From assembly GCA_015489145.1 (NCBI GenBank), contig WGAH01000482.1, positions 1 through 25,038 of the forward strand: 25,038 nucleotides of DNA. The letters run 5' to 3'. Numbering within the stretch: position 1 is the first letter of the stretch; each line of letters begins with the position of its first letter. This stretch comes from Deltaproteobacteria bacterium (GTDB lineage Bacteria > Myxococcota_A > UBA796 > UBA2385). Positions 22,002 through 25,038 of the stretch are shown one piece after another. A model generated the notes under the pieces. That model was not told the DNA's origin. It saw nothing but the letters and a program-made list of their open reading frames with translations, and made no database searches. The position numbers and the translations under genes were made by a program.

Positions 22002-23627
22002 TCAGTTGCACTGCCCCGCGGGAACGGGCTTCGCGTCGGCCTCCGAGACGGCGATCTCGGCGCCGCAGCCGGCGAGGCCGGGGTTGTCCTTGCAGATCTC
22101 CGCCTGGAGCTTCTTGGGATCGATGGCGTTGAAGGACCGCTTGTTGTTGACGAGGAAGGTCGGGCTGGCCGAAAAGCCGATGTCGGCGGACTCGGCGAAG
22201 CTCCGGGCCAGGAGCTCCCTGCCCTCGTTCTCGAAGCAGTCGGCGATGGTGGCGCGGGGAATGCCCGCCTCGTCGGCGCAGGCCTCCCAGTCGGCGTTCT
22301 TGTAGTCGCGGCTGATGCAGGCGGCGAAGGAGAGGGCGCGGTCGGGAGCGTGCTCCTGGGCGCAGACCTCGCGGATGTCGTCGTCCACCTCGGTGGGCCC
22401 GTGCATGGAGGAGAGGGAGGAGGCGTCGCCGTTGCCGATGTAGTGGAGGTCGAGGTCGATGTCGTCGCCGAACTGCTTCATCACCGCGTCGGTGGCGATC
22501 ATCGCCTTCGCGCCGTAGGGGCAGTGGGACATGACGTAGAGGTCGAGCTTGCCGGGCTTCTCCTCGCGGCAGACGAGCTGCTCCCGGCAGCCCGGGTCCG
22601 CGCAGTCCACGGCGCCGTTGCCGTCGTCGTCCACGCCGTTGTCGCAGATCTCGGCCGTCGGGTCGAAGGTGGCCTTCATCTGGAGGCGGTACCAGTCGCC
22701 GGTGCGCTTGAGGTAGCGCTTGAGCTTCGGGTAGCCGTCCTCGTCCTTCTCGACGGCGGGGGCGACGAAGATCGCCGGGAGCTTCGAGAAGCTCGGGTCG
22801 GCGGCCTTGATCTCGTCGTAGAAGGCCTTGCCCTCGGGCGTGCCGTAGTCGAGGTAGCGGACCTTCGCCCCGAGGAGGTCGCCCTTCAGGCGCGGCTCGA
22901 CGGGGTGCAGGTCGCACTTCTCGCAGCGGGAATCCGACAGGAAGACCACGTCCACCGCCGGGGGCTCGGGCAGGTCGGCGCAGGCCTGGGGAGCGCCCTC
23001 GTCGAACTCGGCGCAAATCGCCCGCAGGAGCTGGTTGCTGCCGCGGCCGCCGCGGTAGCGCTTGCCGTTGAGGTAGATCGTCGGCGAGCCGGTGGCCTTC
23101 TTCTTCTTCGAGCGCTCGAAGGAGGCGGCGAGGAGCTGCTGTCCCTCGTCGCCCTCGATGCAGCTCTGGAGGGCGGCCACGTCGAGGTGGTTCGACTCGG
23201 CGCAGCTCTTCCAGTTCGTGTCGACCTCGCGGGGGTTCTCGTTCTGGCAGGCGATGAAGTCGAGGACGGCATCGCCCATCTGCTTCGCGGCGCAGAGCTG
23301 GGCGATGTCGCCCTTCACCTCGCCGTCGCCGTGCATGGAGGTCAGGGAGCCGGCCTCGCCCTTGCCGATGTAGTCGAAGTGGAGCTTCAGGCTGTCGCCG
23401 AGCTTCTGCTTGACCGGCACCAGGGCCTGTTCGACCTTCACGCCGTAGGGGCACTTCGACATGACGTAGAGGTCGAGGGTGGCGGTGGCGCCGGACGAGC
23501 CGGAGGCCGCGCCGGAAGCCCTGGCGGAGGAAGCCGGCTCGGCGGCGGACCCGCCGGGGGTGCCGGTGTCGCAGGCCGAGGCCAGCAGCGAGAGGCCGAA
23601 GAGGAGGGGGGCGAAAGAGGGACGCAT
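22002..23627 (-). CDS. Lipoprotein with tandem GILT-like thioredoxin-fold domains flanking a CXXC domain (541 aa)
   Basis: Lipobox LAS-A-C; RBS GAGG. Duplicated LDLYVMSxCPYG...SMHGxxEV..DI...CA...SPT..N; central CEKC...KLPAIFV; CDNGVDDDGNGAVDCADPGC repeat. Confidence 0.8.
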   Translation of the reverse strand: MRPSFAPLLFGLSLLASACDTGTPGGSAAEPASSARASGAASGSSGATATLDLYVMSKCPYGVKVEQALVPVKQKLGDSLKLHFDYIGKGEAGSLTSMHGDGEVKGDIAQLCAAKQMGDAVLDFIACQNENPREVDTNWKSCAESNHLDVAALQSCIEGDEGQQLLAASFERSKKKKATGSPTIYLNGKRYRGGRGSNQLLRAICAEFDEGAPQACADLPEPPAVDVVFLSDSRCEKCDLHPVEPRLKGDLLGAKVRYLDYGTPEGKAFYDEIKAADPSFSKLPAIFVAPAVEKDEDGYPKLKRYLKRTGDWYRLQMKATFDPTAEICDNGVDDDGNGAVDCADPGCREQLVCREEKPGKLDLYVMSHCPYGAKAMIATDAVMKQFGDDIDLDLHYIGNGDASSLSSMHGPTEVDDDIREVCAQEHAPDRALSFAACISRDYKNADWEACADEAGIPRATIADCFENEGRELLARSFAESADIGFSASPTFLVNNKRSFNAIDPKKLQAEICKDNPGLAGCGAEIAVSEADAKPVPAGQCN

Positions 23628-23857
23628 GGAAACCTCGCGAGCGAATGCGGAACCATGCCCCCGAATCGCCCGCGGCGCAAGGGGACGGGCCTCGCCGGCG
23701 GCCGCCAGCGCCGTGGAAGCGGTGCCGAACCGGCACACGCCCCGAGAGAGACGGGAGGGGCCGCGCCGAAAACACCCGCCTGCGTTTCGCGGACCGAGGC
23801 ACACGGGCCCGGCGAAAGGGGACTTCGGCGGGCCGGCCTCGGCCGGGCCCCGCATTT

Positions 23858-24082
23858 CCGGTTTTCCATCGAGTCCATGCCGGCATCGCCGACCCTGAGC
23901 ACCCGGTGGAGCCTCCAGCCCCGGAGGTCCTCCCGGATGCGCTTCACGACCGTGGTATCGGCGGTGTTGCCCGGGAAGACCCAGCTCCGGACGGGCAATC
24001 CTTCCCGCGTCACCGCCAGGGCCACGACCACCTGCGGCTCCCAGGCCCCCTCCTCGTCGGCCACCCGGAGCCCGGGATCGCC
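23858..24082 (-). pseudogene. IS1634/IS4-like DDE transposase internal fragment (75 codons)
   Basis: EPQVVVALAVTREGLPVRSWVFPGNTADTTVV...DLRGWRL.RV..VGDAGM..MEN matches the IS1634-family core as I recall it; both ends are missing and no terminal repeats were seen. Confidence 0.8.
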
Positions 24083-24106
24083 GCTCGTGTCGAGGCACGC
24101 GCTCAA
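24083..24106 (-). pseudogene. N-terminal stub of a probable VapC/PIN toxin
   Basis: TTG start overlaps the antitoxin TGA (TTGA). It encodes (M)SACLDTS, the xLDTS first-strand motif of PIN domains, then runs in frame into transposase sequence. Confidence 0.55.
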
Positions 24107-24348
24107 CGGTTCTTGATGTACCACTCCATCGGCGGCCCCTCCCCGACGAACTTGAGCGGCGGCTTGTCGGGCACCACGAGCGGGCGGCTGGGCGGGATGA
24201 ACGTCGCGAGATCGAAGTCGCCGGGCACCATCTTGGCGACGACCTCGCCCCTGGACGTGACCACCACGATGTCGCCGCCGCGCACCCAGCGGAGCACCTT
24301 GGCGGGGGCAGCGGTGAACTCCGTCACCGCGACACGTCGCGTAGCCAT
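24103..24348 (-). CDS. Phd/YefM-family antitoxin (81 aa)
   Basis: MATRRVAVTEFTAAPAKVLRWVRGGDIVVVTSRGEVVAKMVP fits the Phd/YefM N-terminal DNA-binding pattern. GGTGG RBS-like site upstream. Confidence 0.8.
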   Translation of the reverse strand: MATRRVAVTEFTAAPAKVLRWVRGGDIVVVTSRGEVVAKMVPGDFDLATFIPPSRPLVVPDKPPLKFVGEGPPMEWYIKNR

Positions 24349-24379
24349 GCTTCCACCTTGCCATCCAGGGCTCCCCTGT

Positions 24380-24545
24380 CTACGCCACCACCGCTTCGCC
24401 GAGCTCCTCGAGGATGCGCGCAGCCATCGAGTGGGCGCGGGCCTCGACCATCTCCTCGAAAGCCCGGGCGCTCGCCGAAGGCCCGGAGCATCCACGGGCA
24501 CCGCGCCTCGCCGGCCTCGACGAGCCGGTCGAGCTCCTCCCGCCG
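24380..24545 (-). pseudogene. Truncated, frameshifted small helical gene remnant
   Basis: Coding-like codons REELDRLVEAGEARCPWML and RAFEEMVEARAHSMAARILEELGEAVVA* join in frame if the 19 nt between near-duplicate 10-mers (24457-24466, 24476-24485) are removed. Confidence 0.35.
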
Positions 24546-24800
24546 GGAGCGCGGCCGGTTGCGCTTGCGCGCCAGCCTCGGCACCGGCCGCGAGGTCGCG
24601 GAGGAGCTCGCTCACGCCGCCCTCCCCCGCCGGCGGGCGCGCACCGCGCGCCTGGCTCACCACCCTTCGCGCGAACCAGCCCCGGGCCTGGGCGCAGGTG
24701 CTGGTGGTGCCGACGACCGGCCTGCGCGCCACGGTGCTGGGGCACCACGACCCGTGGACGACGGGGCGCTACCTGCGCTCGACGCTGGCCGTCGCCGAGG
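24541..24800 (+). pseudogene. Tyrosine integrase remnant with internal deletions
   Basis: AQVLVVPTTGLR (box I Arg, 24716-24727 for TGLR) abuts VLGHHDPWTTGRY (box II His and catalytic Tyr, 24734-24772). An arm-domain-like RLRLRASLGTGREVAEELA lies in another frame from about 24541. The remnant points toward the tRNA 3' end. Confidence 0.75.
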
Positions 24801-24851
24801 TCCTCGCATCCCCGGATGGTCCCACGATGCGGTCACACGGCGGCGTGGCAC

Positions 24852-24886
24852 AAGAGGAAGGCCGCGCCGAAAACACCGGCGCGGCC
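24852..24886 (-). terminator. Intrinsic terminator-like hairpin after tRNA-Pro
   Basis: Minus strand GGCCGCGCCG-GTGTTTT-CGGCGCGGCC-TTCCTCTT: a perfect 10-bp stem starting 11 nt past the CCA. Confidence 0.7.
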
Positions 24887-24897
24887 TCGATGATCGA

Positions 24898-24975
24898 TGG
24901 TCGGGGTGAGTGGATTCGAACCACCGACCTCCTGCTCCCGAAGCAGGCGCGCTAACCAGGCTGCGCTACACCCCG
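24898..24975 (-). tRNA. tRNA-Pro (anticodon CGG), 78 nt, encoded CCA
   Basis: CGGGGTG acceptor stem pairs with CACCCCG; D stem GCGC/GCGC; anticodon arm CCTGC-TTCGGGA-GCAGG; T arm GGTGG-TTCGAAT-CCACT; ends ACCA. Confidence 0.98.
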
Positions 24976-24986
24976 AAGGCCGGCGT

Positions 24987-25018
24987 CAGATAGTCCGCCG
25001 GCGGGAAGGCGTCAAGGG
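24987..25018 (-). promoter_or_regulatory. Putative sigma70-type promoter of tRNA-Pro
   Basis: Minus strand cccTTGACG (25018-25010), N17, TATCTG (24992-24987), 11 nt before the mature 5' end. Confidence 0.65.
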
Positions 25019-25038
25019 CGGCGGGCCTCGCGCAGGGC

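Larger units (their letters stand above)
23759..24877. mobile_element. Decayed tRNA-adjacent integrative element relic bounded by an 18-bp direct repeat
   Basis: GGCCGCGCCGAAAACACC occurs at 23759-23776 and 24860-24877. The interval holds only fragments of integrase, TA and IS genes. Confidence 0.7.

Noticed and set aside
23721-23826. Snippets GGTGCCGAA and GCGAAAGGGGACTT resembling the reverse complement of a tRNA 3' end (possible attL)
   Set aside because: They are short, do not match this tRNA-Pro, and give no cloverleaf; chance is likely.
23438-24364. 308-aa ORF as a single intact transposase gene
   Set aside because: Only 75 codons are transposase-like; the rest is alternative-frame reading of the antitoxin, intergenic DNA and the GILT-like gene.
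23645-24955. 436-aa plus-strand ORF as a functional integrase
   Set aside because: Only about 24650-24800 is integrase-like, key catalytic segments are missing, and the remainder is antisense or non-coding read-through.

Overview
Very GC-rich bacterial DNA. A MYXO-CTERM-type sorting tail, MopE-like Asp/Cys repeats and many lipoproteins suggest a Myxococcota-like genome (inference). Left end: housekeeping block with rpoZ (acidic repeat tail), a hypothetical gene and divergent groES-groEL (GroEL lacks the GGM tail). Middle: an M36/M4-like metalloprotease coupled to a secreted TPR protein; a lipoprotein fusing a degenerate 5'-nucleotidase-like domain to a tetraheme c-type domain; a GTAG-type REP-like repeat cluster; a palindromic operator ahead of a two-gene HgdC/BadF-type ATP-dependent activase locus; a cytoplasmic TPR protein ending in two ClpX-type zinc fingers; a fused membrane/spermidine-synthase-like protein; and four lipoproteins, one with tandem GILT-like thioredoxin domains. 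Right end: tRNA-Pro(CGG), with a ~1.1 kb relic of an integrative element beside its 3' end. The relic is bracketed by an exact 18-bp direct repeat and holds an internally deleted tyrosine integrase, a Phd/YefM antitoxin, and an 8-codon VapC-like stub fused in frame to an IS1634-like transposase fragment. All family assignments come from motif recognition by eye; no searches were run. Several starts were moved from the ORF track to RBS-supported codons.
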